Assembly: GCA_038891095.1 (NCBI GenBank) | Contig: JAWAEV010000001.1 | Span: forward strand, 5,248 to 69,247 | Reading direction: 5' to 3' | Source: Candidatus Altiarchaeota archaeon | GTDB taxonomy: Archaea; Altiarchaeota; Altiarchaeia; IMC4; QMZM01 | DNA length: 64,000 nt | Shown here: piece by piece, positions 10,975-21,147 of the stretch | How positions within the stretch are numbered: the first letter of the stretch is position 1 | Layout: each line of letters opens with the position of its first letter | The notes under the pieces: model-generated | What the model was told of the DNA's origin: nothing | The model's input: the letters and a program-made list of their open reading frames with translations, nothing else | Databases searched by the model: none | Program-made: the position numbers and the translations under genes

Positions 10975-11193
10975 TTTTCACCACTCTTTTCTTTTATTTA
11001 TTTTTATTTTTTATCATACATATATAAGAAAAAGGAGTATAAAAATAGGCCAACTGTAGGAACACATAAATGTAAGTTTAAATTTTTGTCATGTTATATT
11101 GATAAAGTTCACAAAAATAAAATTTAAATAGAAATGTGAAATTAACATAAAAGTATAGAAACACTGTGGTTTTAACTTATTTTATAAAATTTT

Positions 11194-11931
11194 ATGGATA
11201 TAGAAAAAATAGTTAATTGGATAAGGGAACAAGTTAAAAATGCAAACTCAAAAGGTGTTGTATTAGGCTTATCTGGCGGCATAGATTCTTCAGTCACTGC
11301 TGTTCTCTGCAAAAAGGCCTTTCCTAAAAATACTTTGGCTTTGATAATGCCATGTTTCAGTAACAAAAAAGATATTGAAGATGCAAAATTGATTGCAAAG
11401 AAATTTAAAATTAAATATAAAAAAATTGATTTGGGTTCCACTCTTGAAAAGTTGCTTTATGATATTGATAAAAAGAGATATAACGAAAAATGTGAGAAAA
11501 ATTTAGAAATTGCAAATATGAAAGCAAGATTAAGAATGCTAACTCTTTACTATTTTGCAAATAAGCTGAACTATTTAGTTGTGGGATGTGGAAATAAATC
11601 TGAAATCAAAATTGGTTATTTTACAAAATATGGTGATAGTGCTTGTGATATCATGCCAATAGGAAATTTTCTTAAGAGAGATGTAAAAAAAATTGCAAAA
11701 GAAATTGGAATTCCAAAAGAAATAATTGAAAAACCGCCAAGTGCGGGCTTATGGAAAGAACAGACTGATGAAAAAGAACTTGGGATTTCTTATGATGAGT
11801 TAGACACTGTAATAGAAAAAATTGAAAAAAATGATCTTGAGTGTGTGAATAAAAAAATTCTTAAAAAAGTTCAAGACATGATAAAAAAATCTGAACATAA
11901 AAGGAGGATGCCAAAAATTTTTCTAAGATGA
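11194..11931 (+). CDS. nadE: NH3-dependent NAD+ synthetase
   Basis: PP-loop SGGIDSS. The 245-aa single-domain NadE form. Its stop overlaps the next gene's start (ATGA). Confidence 0.85.
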   Translation: MDIEKIVNWIREQVKNANSKGVVLGLSGGIDSSVTAVLCKKAFPKNTLALIMPCFSNKKDIEDAKLIAKKFKIKYKKIDLGSTLEKLLYDIDKKRYNEKCEKNLEIANMKARLRMLTLYYFANKLNYLVVGCGNKSEIKIGYFTKYGDSACDIMPIGNFLKRDVKKIAKEIGIPKEIIEKPPSAGLWKEQTDEKELGISYDELDTVIEKIEKNDLECVNKKILKKVQDMIKKSEHKRRMPKIFLR

Positions 11932-12842
11932 AAATTCTCGTGACTGGTGGCGCTGGATTTATTGGCTCGCAAATTGTTGATAAATTAGTTGAATTAGGAA
12001 ACTATGTTGTGATTATCGACAATCTCTCAACAGGAAAAAAAGAAAATTTAAACAAGAAGGCAAAATTCTATAAAGCTGATATTTGCTCAGAAAAAATTTT
12101 CGAGATATTTAAAAAGGAAAATTTTGATGTTGTAATTCATCAGGCTGCTCAAACAAGTGTTATTTGCTCAGAAAAGAATCCAGAATTTGATGCAAAAGTT
12201 AATGTTCTTGGCACAATAAATCTTCTTGAATGCTGCAGAAAATTCTCTGTTGAAAAATTTTTATATGCCTCATCAGCTGCGATTTATGGAAACCCAAAAT
12301 ATTTTCCAATTGATGAAGCACACCCAAAAGAACCAATTTCAGTTTATGGTATGAACAAATATGTTGCGGAACTTTACTTAAAATTTTATAATTCAATTTA
12401 TGGGATTAGATATATTTCCTTGAGATATTCAAATGTATATGGTCCAAGACAAAACTATGAGAACGAAAGCGGTGTTGTTACAATTTTTTTGAATAAACTT
12501 ATTAATGGAGAAAAACCAACTATTTATGGCAATGGTTCTCAAACGAGAGATTTCATCTATATTGATGATGTTGTAAATGCAAATATTTTGGCTATTGGAA
12601 AAAAAATTTCTGGAGAGTTTAACATTTCCACAAATAAGGAAACAAGTATTATAGCTCTATACAAAAAAATACAAAAAATTTTAGGGATAGATATCTCTCC
12701 AAAATATGCAAAAGGAAGAAATGTGGAAATTTTCAGAAGCGTTCTTGATAATAGAAAAGCGATTAAGGAACTTGGATGGAAACCAAAAATTTCAATTGAG
12801 GAAGGGTTAAGAAGAACAATAGGTTATATGAAAAAATGCTAA
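11928..12842 (+). CDS. NAD-dependent sugar epimerase/dehydratase (SDR; UDP-glucose 4-epimerase-like), paralog 1
   Basis: N-terminal TGGAGFIGS Rossmann motif and YxxxK (YGMNKYVAE). 304 aa. Confidence 0.8.
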   Translation: MKILVTGGAGFIGSQIVDKLVELGNYVVIIDNLSTGKKENLNKKAKFYKADICSEKIFEIFKKENFDVVIHQAAQTSVICSEKNPEFDAKVNVLGTINLLECCRKFSVEKFLYASSAAIYGNPKYFPIDEAHPKEPISVYGMNKYVAELYLKFYNSIYGIRYISLRYSNVYGPRQNYENESGVVTIFLNKLINGEKPTIYGNGSQTRDFIYIDDVVNANILAIGKKISGEFNISTNKETSIIALYKKIQKILGIDISPKYAKGRNVEIFRSVLDNRKAIKELGWKPKISIEEGLRRTIGYMKKC

Positions 12843-12847
12843 GACTA

Positions 12848-12950
12848 TTTATTTTGTTGTAATAAAAAACTTATGAAAAATCTCAATTTTAAATTTCAAA
12901 ATCAAATTTCTTACTATGAAAATTCTCGTGACTGGTGGCGCTGGATTTAT
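12848..12950. repeat. 103-bp perfect direct repeat, copy A (promoter-like AT-rich leader plus first 35 nt of an epimerase CDS)
   Basis: Identical base for base to 15791-15893. The CDS part (45 nt) is also identical to 11928-11972. Confidence 0.9.
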
Positions 12951-13962
12951 TGGCTCGCATGTTTGCGAGTTTTATGCAAATTCTAACAAAGAGAATGAGA
13001 TCATTTGCTATGACAACCTTTCTAGAGGAACATTACTTAGAAAAAAAATTTCTCAAAGATATAACTTGAATTTTTTGAAAAATTTTTCTAATGTTAAATT
13101 TGTTAGAGGAGATATAAGAAAATTTGAAAATTTAAAGAAAGTTATGAGAGATGCTGAACTTGTGATTCATGCTGCTGCTCAAACTGCTGTTACATCATCA
13201 GTTGAAAATCCAAGGACTGATTTTGAAATAAATGCTTTAGGAACATTTAATGTCTTAGAAGCTGCGAGGCTCTCAAATAATGATCCGGTTGTGATATATT
13301 GTTCAACTAACAAAGTCTATGGTGAAAATGTAAATTCAATCAAAGTGAATGAGCTGGAAAAAAGGTACGAATTTTCTGATAAAAATTTTTCTGAAGGAAT
13401 TCCTGAGAACTTTCCGATAGATGCTAAAGGACATTCACCTTATGGTGTTTCGAAGTTAGCAGGAGACCAATATTGTAGAGACTATTTTGAGGTCTATGGC
13501 TTAAAAACTCTTGTATTTAGAATGAGTTGTATTTATGGCACTCGCCAGTTTGGAGTTGAGGATCAAGGATGGATTGCACATTTTATAATCTCTTCTATTT
13601 TTGAGAGACCTTTAACAATTTATGGTAACGGCAAGCAAGTTAGAGATGTTCTGTATGTCACAGACTTAGTAGAAGCATTCCACTTAGGTTATGAGAATAT
13701 AAACAAATTTAGTGGAGAAGTTTATAATATTGGCGGAGGTAAAACTAACACGCTATCGATCTTAGAACTTATCGAAATTTTAAGAGAATATAACCTAAAT
13801 CCAAATTATAAATTTTCTTCTTGGAGGCCTTCAGACCAGAAAGTTTTCATTTCAGATATTTCAAAAGCAAAAAAAGAACTTTCATGGAAACCAAAGATTT
13901 CAGCCAAGAGAGGGATTAAATTTTTATTTGAATGGGTCAAAGAAAATAAAAATGTCTTCTAA
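12916..13962 (+). CDS. NAD-dependent sugar epimerase/dehydratase (SDR; CDP-paratose/tyvelose epimerase-like), paralog 2
   Basis: TGGAGFIGS and YGVSKLAGD (YxxxK). 348 aa. Confidence 0.75.
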   Translation: MKILVTGGAGFIGSHVCEFYANSNKENEIICYDNLSRGTLLRKKISQRYNLNFLKNFSNVKFVRGDIRKFENLKKVMRDAELVIHAAAQTAVTSSVENPRTDFEINALGTFNVLEAARLSNNDPVVIYCSTNKVYGENVNSIKVNELEKRYEFSDKNFSEGIPENFPIDAKGHSPYGVSKLAGDQYCRDYFEVYGLKTLVFRMSCIYGTRQFGVEDQGWIAHFIISSIFERPLTIYGNGKQVRDVLYVTDLVEAFHLGYENINKFSGEVYNIGGGKTNTLSILELIEILREYNLNPNYKFSSWRPSDQKVFISDISKAKKELSWKPKISAKRGIKFLFEWVKENKNVF

Positions 13963-14638
13963 AATTTCTGTTATAATTCCTGCATACAATGAAGAGGAGA
14001 GTGTTGGAGAAACTATAAAAAGAATCCAAGAAGTGAACTCTGAATATGAGATCATCGTTGTGGATGATGGTTCTAGAGATAAAACAATAGAGATAGCAAA
14101 AAATTCTGGAGCAAAAGTTTTTAAATTTAAAAAAAATCAAGGAAAAGGTGCAGCTTTTAGGAAAGGAATTCAAGAATCTTCTGGAGATATTATAGTTCAA
14201 ATAGATGCTGATTCACAATTTTTGCCAGAGGAGATTCCAAAATTAATTAAACCTTTGATTGAAGGAGAAGCTGATATAACATTTGGTTCTCGTTTTTTAC
14301 CAGGTTCAAGTGTTGAAAAAGGCTCCTTAAGCTTTCGAAACAGAATTGCCAATATAGTAGATTCTTTTCTTGCAAGTTTTTTTTCAGGAATAAAAATCAC
14401 AGATGTTCAAGCAGGATTTAAAGCTTTTACAAGGGATGCTTTAGAAAAGATAAATTTTCAAGAAAATTCCTTTGCTTATGAGCCAGAAATTGCAATTTTA
14501 GCTGGAAAGAGAAAACTTAGAGTGAAGGAAGTGCCTGTGAGTTATAAAGTTAGAAAAGGCGGAATGTCAAACATAAAATTCTTAAGAGACATTTACTTGA
14601 TAATAAAAACTATGATGAAAACATGGTTGTTGAGATGA
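13928..14638 (+). CDS. GT2 glycosyltransferase, dolichol-phosphate sugar (mannose/glucose) synthase-like (DPM1/AglD-like catalytic domain)
   Basis: ISVIIPAYNEEESVGETI...EIIVVDDGSRDKT...DAD (DxD). The soluble 236-aa form has no TM tail. The true start is probably the M at 13952. Confidence 0.75.
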   Translation: MNGSKKIKMSSKISVIIPAYNEEESVGETIKRIQEVNSEYEIIVVDDGSRDKTIEIAKNSGAKVFKFKKNQGKGAAFRKGIQESSGDIIVQIDADSQFLPEEIPKLIKPLIEGEADITFGSRFLPGSSVEKGSLSFRNRIANIVDSFLASFFSGIKITDVQAGFKAFTRDALEKINFQENSFAYEPEIAILAGKRKLRVKEVPVSYKVRKGGMSNIKFLRDIYLIIKTMMKTWLLR

Positions 14639-14907
14639 AAATTTTATATTTGCAAGAGAATGTTCCAAAAAACTTCAAGTTTTATTCATAAGATAGAAAA
14701 TTATAGATATCTGAATTTAAGTACTTTAATCATTGTATACCTTTTAACTCAATATTTCTTGTCTTCGTCATAAATCAAGTCAGCTGGAATAACTCTAGCT
14801 TATTATGTTATGCCTCAGATTGTAAACAACATTGGCGTAACTCGCAATTTGTAGTTCATGGTTTAAACCCATACAAAGTTTGGAAAGAAGAGGGGATAAA
14901 TTTACCT

Positions 14908-15819
14908 TTGCCTTATAGAGCAGATCATCCACCTTTTCTTTATGTTTTAATGCCTATTTTTGTCTGGATTTGGAACAATATTTGGGCCATTATACTTATA
15001 TTCTTCTTTTTTGATTTCTTAAATTTAATTTTAATTTATTCTTTAGCAAAATTTAAAAAAATTTCCTCTTTACTTTATGTATTTTCTCCATCATTGTTTC
15101 GTGGTTTATTATTCTTAGAAGTTGAGATATTTACTATAGCATTTATATTAGCAAGTATTTATTTTTTCTACAGAAAAAGATATTTCCTCTCTACAATAAT
15201 GTTAGCCCTCTCATTTAATCTACAAATTTTTCCAATAGTTTTGTTTCCAGTCTTGTTGCTCAATATGAATTTAATGAGAGAAAATGAAAATAAATTTTTT
15301 CCTAAAGTTGATTATAAAAAAATATTTAGATACTTAATAATTTTTATCTTAACTTCAGTTATATGCCATCTCTTTTTCTTTCCAGAATGGAAAATTTTTT
15401 ATGAATATAGAACTTTTGAGTATACCTTATCACAAAAAGGTACAGGAATTTGGGTGTTATTACAATTGTCACCTTCTAAATTTTATCTACCTATTTTAAT
15501 CATTTCATTAGTCATCTTTTATTTTTTTACTTATATTAAAAATTTAAATATAGAATCAGGTTATTTTCTTGGGAGTTTACTTTTCATTAGTTTGTTCCCA
15601 AAATTCTCAGTTGATCATTTTATTATCATTTCCACATTATTTCTGATTTGGACACAATGGAGTAAAGCAGATGTATTTTTTTGGATTTTTTTCACGGTCG
15701 GAATATTCTTAGAATTTCTTAGTCTTTCAACAATAGGTATTGTTGATAAATTTACAGGAACGCTAATATCTCTTTCAATTTTAATTGGATTTTATTTTGT
15801 TGTAATAAAAAACTTATGA
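14908..15819 (+). CDS. Polytopic membrane protein (GT-C/DUF2029-like?) with a TTG start; possibly N-terminally truncated
   Basis: At least 8 predicted TM helices. The ORF has no in-frame ATG and the first codon is TTG. The in-frame upstream stretch (14812-14907) has no ATG. The last 9 codons are encoded by repeat copy B. Confidence 0.4.
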   Translation: MPYRADHPPFLYVLMPIFVWIWNNIWAIILIFFFFDFLNLILIYSLAKFKKISSLLYVFSPSLFRGLLFLEVEIFTIAFILASIYFFYRKRYFLSTIMLALSFNLQIFPIVLFPVLLLNMNLMRENENKFFPKVDYKKIFRYLIIFILTSVICHLFFFPEWKIFYEYRTFEYTLSQKGTGIWVLLQLSPSKFYLPILIISLVIFYFFTYIKNLNIESGYFLGSLLFISLFPKFSVDHFIIISTLFLIWTQWSKADVFFWIFFTVGIFLEFLSLSTIGIVDKFTGTLISLSILIGFYFVVIKNL

Positions 15820-15893
15820 AAAATCTCAATTTTAAATTTCAAAATCAAATTTCTTACTATGAAAATTCTCGTGACTGGTGGCGCTGGATTTAT
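15791..15893. repeat. 103-bp perfect direct repeat, copy B
   Basis: Identical to 12848-12950. Confidence 0.9.
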
Positions 15894-16971
15894 AGGATCT
15901 TTTTTAGTTGATAAACTGATTGATAAAGGTCATGAAGTTAGGATTTTTGATAATTTAGAAGAGCAGGTACATCAAGGAAAAATTCCTGATTACTTGAATA
16001 AAAAAGCTGAATTTATTAAAGGTGATGTTCTTGAGTATAATGCTTTAAAGGAAGCAATTAAAGATTGCGAAGTTATTTTTCATGAAGCTGCGATGGTTGG
16101 AGTTGGTCAATCTCAATACCAACCAAAAAAATATGTTGATGCTAACATTAGCGGAACTGCGAATTTATTAGATATTCTTGTAAATGAAGAGCATAATGTG
16201 AAAAAATTGATTGTTGCATCATCAATGTCAATCTATGGTGAGGGTAGCTATGAATGTGAAAATTGCGGCGTTATTGCTCCTGAATTAAGAAGTGAGGAAC
16301 AAATGAAAAAAAATGATTGGGAAGTTCATTGCCCGAAATGCAAAAAAATTTTAAAGCCAATTCCGACAAATGAAGAAAAACCTTTACAAAGTAACTCAAT
16401 CTATGCAATAACTAAAAAAACTCAAGAAGAAATGTGCCTTAATATTGGTAAAACTTATTCTTTGCCAGTAGTTGCTCTTCGCTATTTTAATGTATTTGGT
16501 CCAAGGCAAAGTTTAAGTAACCCCTACACAGGAGTTGTTGCAATTTTCCTTAGCAGAATAAAAAACAATAATCCACCATTAATTTTTGAGGATGGTCTAC
16601 AAAGTAGAGATTTCATTTCTGTGCATGATATTGTTGAAGCAAATATTTTAGCAATGGAAAAAAATTCGGCAAATTATGAGAGCTTTAATGTTGGTTCTGG
16701 AAAAAGGATAACAATACTTGAAATAGCAAATATGTTAATTAAACTCCAAAATTCAAATGTTAAGCCAGAAGTAGTTGGAAAATTTAGAAAAGGGGATGTA
16801 AGACATTGCTTTGCAGATATTTCTAAAATTCAGAGAAAACTTGGTTTCAAGCCAAAATTTTCTTTTATTGATGGAATAAAAGAGCTGATATCATGGAGTG
16901 AAAAAGTGAAAGCGTATGATATGGTTGAGAAGGCAACTCAGGAACTGAAAGAAAAAGGATTACTTTCATAG
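15859..16971 (+). CDS. NAD-dependent sugar epimerase/dehydratase (SDR) paralog 3 with an inserted CxxC...CxxC zinc-ribbon-like segment
   Basis: TGGAGFIGS. Catalytic Ser region SSMSIYGEG, then a roughly 45-aa insert (CENCG...HCPKCKK) before YAITK (YxxxK). Confidence 0.75.
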   Translation: MKILVTGGAGFIGSFLVDKLIDKGHEVRIFDNLEEQVHQGKIPDYLNKKAEFIKGDVLEYNALKEAIKDCEVIFHEAAMVGVGQSQYQPKKYVDANISGTANLLDILVNEEHNVKKLIVASSMSIYGEGSYECENCGVIAPELRSEEQMKKNDWEVHCPKCKKILKPIPTNEEKPLQSNSIYAITKKTQEEMCLNIGKTYSLPVVALRYFNVFGPRQSLSNPYTGVVAIFLSRIKNNNPPLIFEDGLQSRDFISVHDIVEANILAMEKNSANYESFNVGSGKRITILEIANMLIKLQNSNVKPEVVGKFRKGDVRHCFADISKIQRKLGFKPKFSFIDGIKELISWSEKVKAYDMVEKATQELKEKGLLS

Positions 16972-18519
16972 TTTACTTTCAACTCTTTTCATAAGTAAAT
17001 TTGTAATGCGTAGAGAAATTTCTCTTGGAAATTTTAACTTTCTCAAAATAGCAGAGATTATTAAAACATCCTCTATCTTAAGCGCTTTAAATAACAGCAG
17101 AAATATTGAATAGGATAATGCCAAAAAAATTCCTGATGTTGTAAGAGAGAGTAAAGAATCCTGAATTAACTTCTTTGTTATTAGAACTATTGGTAAAGTT
17201 AAAAAAGCTGAAATTAAAACTTTCGATACTCTAGAAGAGGAAATTTTTATTTTTATTATTTTTTTAGTTTCAGAATATGAAAGCAAAAGCATTAATAAAG
17301 AGGATAACACTGTGGCAATTGCAGCACCCTCAATTTTTAATATAGGTATTAATAGTAGATTCGCAATTACATTAAAAACAGAGGCTATTCCTTTGATAGA
17401 TGCAACTTTTTTTGGATTTCCAGAAGAGCTCAATATTGTTGTGAATAAACTATCTATTCCATATAAAAACATTGAAAATGCCATTATTTGAAATGCCAAA
17501 GCACCTTCTTCATATTCTCCTCTAAATAAAACAACTAAAATTTCTCTTGGAAAAGAGATAAAAACGGTGAAAATAGGTATAAAAAAAAGAAAGAAATTCT
17601 CCAAGAGATACGAGGATAATTTAGCTGCACCTTCTAAGTCTTTTCTACCGAAATGTTCTGTAATTATCGGAGTAAAAATTGCAAGAAATGCTCCAAAGAA
17701 AATTAGCTCTACAGCAGCAGTTAGATTTGCAATGTAGTAAACTCCCAAAGCAGAAAAACCAACAAAAATTCTTATCATGAACATATCTGCCCAGCCAAGA
17801 ATATTATCTGCTGTTGAAGTCAATGAAAGTGGAAGTCCAAATTTAAAAAATTTTTTTGTTAAATCAAAACTAAACTTTCCATCAAGTCCAAATTTTTTTA
17901 GAACATAAATAGCAGATAACAAAGTTGGGAGTAGAACTGACATAGTTAAGACGAAAACAACATTTTGTATTGAAATAGAAATTCCAAAGATGATAAGGAG
18001 TGCAATAAAAATTGGTCTAAAAATTTCTAAAAGCAATCCAAATAACCTTGATATATGAGGCCTTCTAAAGCCAGAAATAACAGAATTGAAAAAAAGGTAA
18101 AAAGAAAAAACTATAAAAAGAAAACAAACAAGTAAAAATTCTTCTCTCTTCAATGAAAGAAAATTTGGAAAGAAGTTATTTAAGAATAAAAAAATGGATA
18201 AAGATGGAAGAATTAGAAGTATTACTAAAATTATACCTGTATATAAAGAAGAATTAACCTTTTCTTTATCACCTCTGCCACGATAGAATGCAATATATCT
18301 AGAAACAGAAGCAGGTATGCCAAAGAGTAGTATATGAGCAGAGAAGGTTACAATCCCCCAAGCTAATGTGAAAATTCCATAGTTTTCAGTTGAGATGTAT
18401 TTTGTTAGAATCATATTAAACAGCCAACCAGCAAATTTACCAAGAATACTAAGAGATAGTATAAAAATTCCTGTTTTCAATATAATCTTGTTTAACTTTT
18501 CGAAATTTTCTTGTGGCAT
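16966..18519 (-). CDS. Wzx-like oligosaccharide flippase (MOP superfamily polysaccharide biosynthesis protein)
   Basis: 517 aa with about 14 TM helices and MATE/Wzx-like topology. Located in a glycan gene cluster. Confidence 0.7.
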   Translation of the reverse strand: MPQENFEKLNKIILKTGIFILSLSILGKFAGWLFNMILTKYISTENYGIFTLAWGIVTFSAHILLFGIPASVSRYIAFYRGRGDKEKVNSSLYTGIILVILLILPSLSIFLFLNNFFPNFLSLKREEFLLVCFLFIVFSFYLFFNSVISGFRRPHISRLFGLLLEIFRPIFIALLIIFGISISIQNVVFVLTMSVLLPTLLSAIYVLKKFGLDGKFSFDLTKKFFKFGLPLSLTSTADNILGWADMFMIRIFVGFSALGVYYIANLTAAVELIFFGAFLAIFTPIITEHFGRKDLEGAAKLSSYLLENFFLFFIPIFTVFISFPREILVVLFRGEYEEGALAFQIMAFSMFLYGIDSLFTTILSSSGNPKKVASIKGIASVFNVIANLLLIPILKIEGAAIATVLSSLLMLLLSYSETKKIIKIKISSSRVSKVLISAFLTLPIVLITKKLIQDSLLSLTTSGIFLALSYSIFLLLFKALKIEDVLIISAILRKLKFPREISLRITNLLMKRVESKL

Positions 18520-18555
18520 ATCTTAATATTTTATCTAACAGGATATAAATTAATT

Positions 18556-19515
18556 ATGCCGAGAATTTCTGTAATAATTCCAGCATACAATGAAGAGAAA
18601 TACATTTCAAGATGTTTAGATTCCTTATTGAAGCAAACTTATGAAGATTTTGAGATTATAGCGATAGATGATGGTAGTAAAGATAAAACCTCAGAGATCC
18701 TGAAAAGTTATGAAAAAAAATACAAAAAAATAAAGGTTTTGTCTCAAGAGCATAAAGGTCCTGGAGAAGCCAGAAATTTTGGAGCAAAAAAAGCGATTGG
18801 TGAGATTCTCATTTTTGTTGATGCTGATATGGAGTTTGATAAGGATTATGTGAAAAATTTAACAAAACCGATATTAGAAGGAAAGTGCATAGGAACAACA
18901 CATGCTTATGAATATGTAGCTAATAAAGAGAATATCTGGGCAAGATGCTGGGGAACGGCGAACAGAAGTAAAATAGATGAAAATGCTGTTGAATCCAGAT
19001 TTTTCAGAGCAATATTAAAGGAGGAATTATCAAATGTTGGTTTCTTTGAGCCAAGAACAGGATATTTTGACGATTCTAACACTTTTAAGAAAATTAACAA
19101 AAAAGGATTAGTTGTGAGAGATGCTATCTGCTATCATTACAATCCTTCTTCTTTAGCCGAAGTTTTTTTTCATTCTGCTTGGATTGGCGGTTCTGTGCTC
19201 ATTGAGTTAAAAAACAATCTGAGAAGACTTAAAAAACCCAAGTTTTTTTTACCAGTTGTGACAATGTCGTTTCTATTGATTTTTGGCATTTTTTTTAAAC
19301 AGAAATTGTTAGAAATACTTCTAATTTCATCTTTTTTGATGATAATGCTACTGACGCTAAACAGAGTAGTTAAAGAAAAATATGTAAATTATCTGCTATT
19401 CTTACCAATTTTTTACATTGTAAAATTTTTCGGGTTGATTTATGGTGCTATAAGACAGATTCCAAACATAATCATTAAAAAAATTCATGGTTTAGAGCTT
19501 GTATATAAATACTAA
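18556..19515 (+). CDS. GT2 glycosyltransferase with C-terminal TM segments
   Basis: ISVIIPAYNEEKYISRCLDSLLKQTYEDFEIIAIDDGSKDKT and DAD. The ATG at 18556 is preferred over the TTG at 18511. Confidence 0.8.
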   Translation: MPRISVIIPAYNEEKYISRCLDSLLKQTYEDFEIIAIDDGSKDKTSEILKSYEKKYKKIKVLSQEHKGPGEARNFGAKKAIGEILIFVDADMEFDKDYVKNLTKPILEGKCIGTTHAYEYVANKENIWARCWGTANRSKIDENAVESRFFRAILKEELSNVGFFEPRTGYFDDSNTFKKINKKGLVVRDAICYHYNPSSLAEVFFHSAWIGGSVLIELKNNLRRLKKPKFFLPVVTMSFLLIFGIFFKQKLLEILLISSFLMIMLLTLNRVVKEKYVNYLLFLPIFYIVKFFGLIYGAIRQIPNIIIKKIHGLELVYKY

Positions 19516-19516
19516 A

Positions 19517-20575
19517 ATGCCAAAATTATCAGTAGTTATATTAAATTGGAATGGAAGCCATTATACTATTCCATGTATAAAATCCTTGCTAAATTCCTCA
19601 TTTCAAGATTTTGAAATTGTACTAGTGGACAATGGCTCTGAGAGAAAGGATATTAAAGCTATAGAAAATGAATTTGAAGGAAATGAAAAAATAAAAATTA
19701 TAAAGAATAGTGAGAACAAAGGCTTTGCTGAAGGCAATAATATCGGCGTAAGAAATTCCTCTCCTGAAAGTAAATATGTTCTACTGCTGAATAATGATGC
19801 TGTTGTAAAGAAAGATTACCTAAAGGAGATGGTTGAAGCAATTGAAAGTAATAGTAGCATAGGAGCAGTTGGCATTGGTTATAGACCAAATTCAAAAGAT
19901 GTGTTGCTGCATACTCTCTCTTTAGTTGGCTTTGATGTTGTTTATTATAACGAAAAATTTGTAAATGAGGGCATTTATCCAAAATTATATATCTCTGGAG
20001 CAAGATTTATGTTCAATAAATCTCTTATCAAAGAACCTTTTGATCCAGAGTATTTTATTTATTGCGAAGATGTCTATTTAGGTTGGTTAATTTGGCTTAA
20101 AGGTTATAAAGTAATTGCAAAACATACAAAAAATCCTGAAGCAAGAATGATTCACTATGGTGAGCATGTATTGCAAAAGAAAAAATCTTCTTTTTCAGTT
20201 TTCTTAGGAACAAGAAATAGACTTCTTAACATTTTTCTTTTCTATGAATTAAGAACTTTAATAAAATTATTGCCACTAATCTTCATAGCATATTTTATAT
20301 ATTTAATTTCAGAACCAAAATTCATTCTAACAAGAATGAAAGCATATCTTTGGTTCCCTACTAACTTTAAAAAAATTTTAGAAAAAAGAAAAAAAATTCA
20401 AATGCAAAGAAAAGTTCCTGATGAGGAAATTATAAAAGTGATGAGTTGTAAATTCAAAAGCTATTATGATGTGAAAAATCCTTTTTTTAGAGGAGTTATA
20501 ACGTTGATAAATAAAGTTTTTTATGTGTATTGCAAAATGGTTAATTTAAAAACAATAGATATGATTATTTTTTAG
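19517..20575 (+). CDS. GT2 glycosyltransferase (rhamnosyl/galactosyltransferase-like)
   Basis: LSVVILNWNGSHYTIPCIKSL...FEIVLVDNGS...NND. The start at the M 2 nt after the upstream stop is preferred. Confidence 0.75.
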   Translation: MPKLSVVILNWNGSHYTIPCIKSLLNSSFQDFEIVLVDNGSERKDIKAIENEFEGNEKIKIIKNSENKGFAEGNNIGVRNSSPESKYVLLLNNDAVVKKDYLKEMVEAIESNSSIGAVGIGYRPNSKDVLLHTLSLVGFDVVYYNEKFVNEGIYPKLYISGARFMFNKSLIKEPFDPEYFIYCEDVYLGWLIWLKGYKVIAKHTKNPEARMIHYGEHVLQKKKSSFSVFLGTRNRLLNIFLFYELRTLIKLLPLIFIAYFIYLISEPKFILTRMKAYLWFPTNFKKILEKRKKIQMQRKVPDEEIIKVMSCKFKSYYDVKNPFFRGVITLINKVFYVYCKMVNLKTIDMIIF

Positions 20576-21140
20576 CATAGACAATATATCCAAGAACATA
20601 TTCATTAGAGGGTCTATCTAATTTTTTTATTATTGCGTTAAATCTTTGTAAAACTCTTAGGATGCCCCTCGCTATAAGGTTCCAAACTACTGCTAATCTG
20701 CCCCCATGTGCTTCAACTTTAACTCCCTTGAAATTTCTAAATAACAACTTCAAAGAATCTTCAGTAAAGCGCCAATAATCATGAGAACAAGGGTGTATAG
20801 GATATAAGAACGGTACGCTCACTATGCAAATTCCATTAAATTTTAAAACTCTATAAATCTCGTCTACAACTTTTTTTGGATCTTCTACATGTTCTAAAAC
20901 TTCAGTGCAGATTACAGAATTAAATGTTTCGTCTCTAAATGGCAGAGTGTGAGCATCCCCAACAATATCTGGTTTAGAATTTTTACATATATCTATACAT
21001 ATGTATTGATTCTTAATGATGGTCCCATATGTTGCAGTGTTTTTTCCAGCACCTATATTCAGTGTTGGATATTCCAAATTTTTTATTAAATCGCTTATTT
21101 TTTCATTTATGTATGCCCTAGGCAAGGAGTAATAACCCAT
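20565..21140 (-). CDS. Class I SAM-dependent methyltransferase
   Basis: LNIGAGK motif I and post-I acidic residue. 191 aa. Confidence 0.7.
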   Translation of the reverse strand: MGYYSLPRAYINEKISDLIKNLEYPTLNIGAGKNTATYGTIIKNQYICIDICKNSKPDIVGDAHTLPFRDETFNSVICTEVLEHVEDPKKVVDEIYRVLKFNGICIVSVPFLYPIHPCSHDYWRFTEDSLKLLFRNFKGVKVEAHGGRLAVVWNLIARGILRVLQRFNAIIKKLDRPSNEYVLGYIVYAKK

Positions 21141-21147
21141 TTTACTT

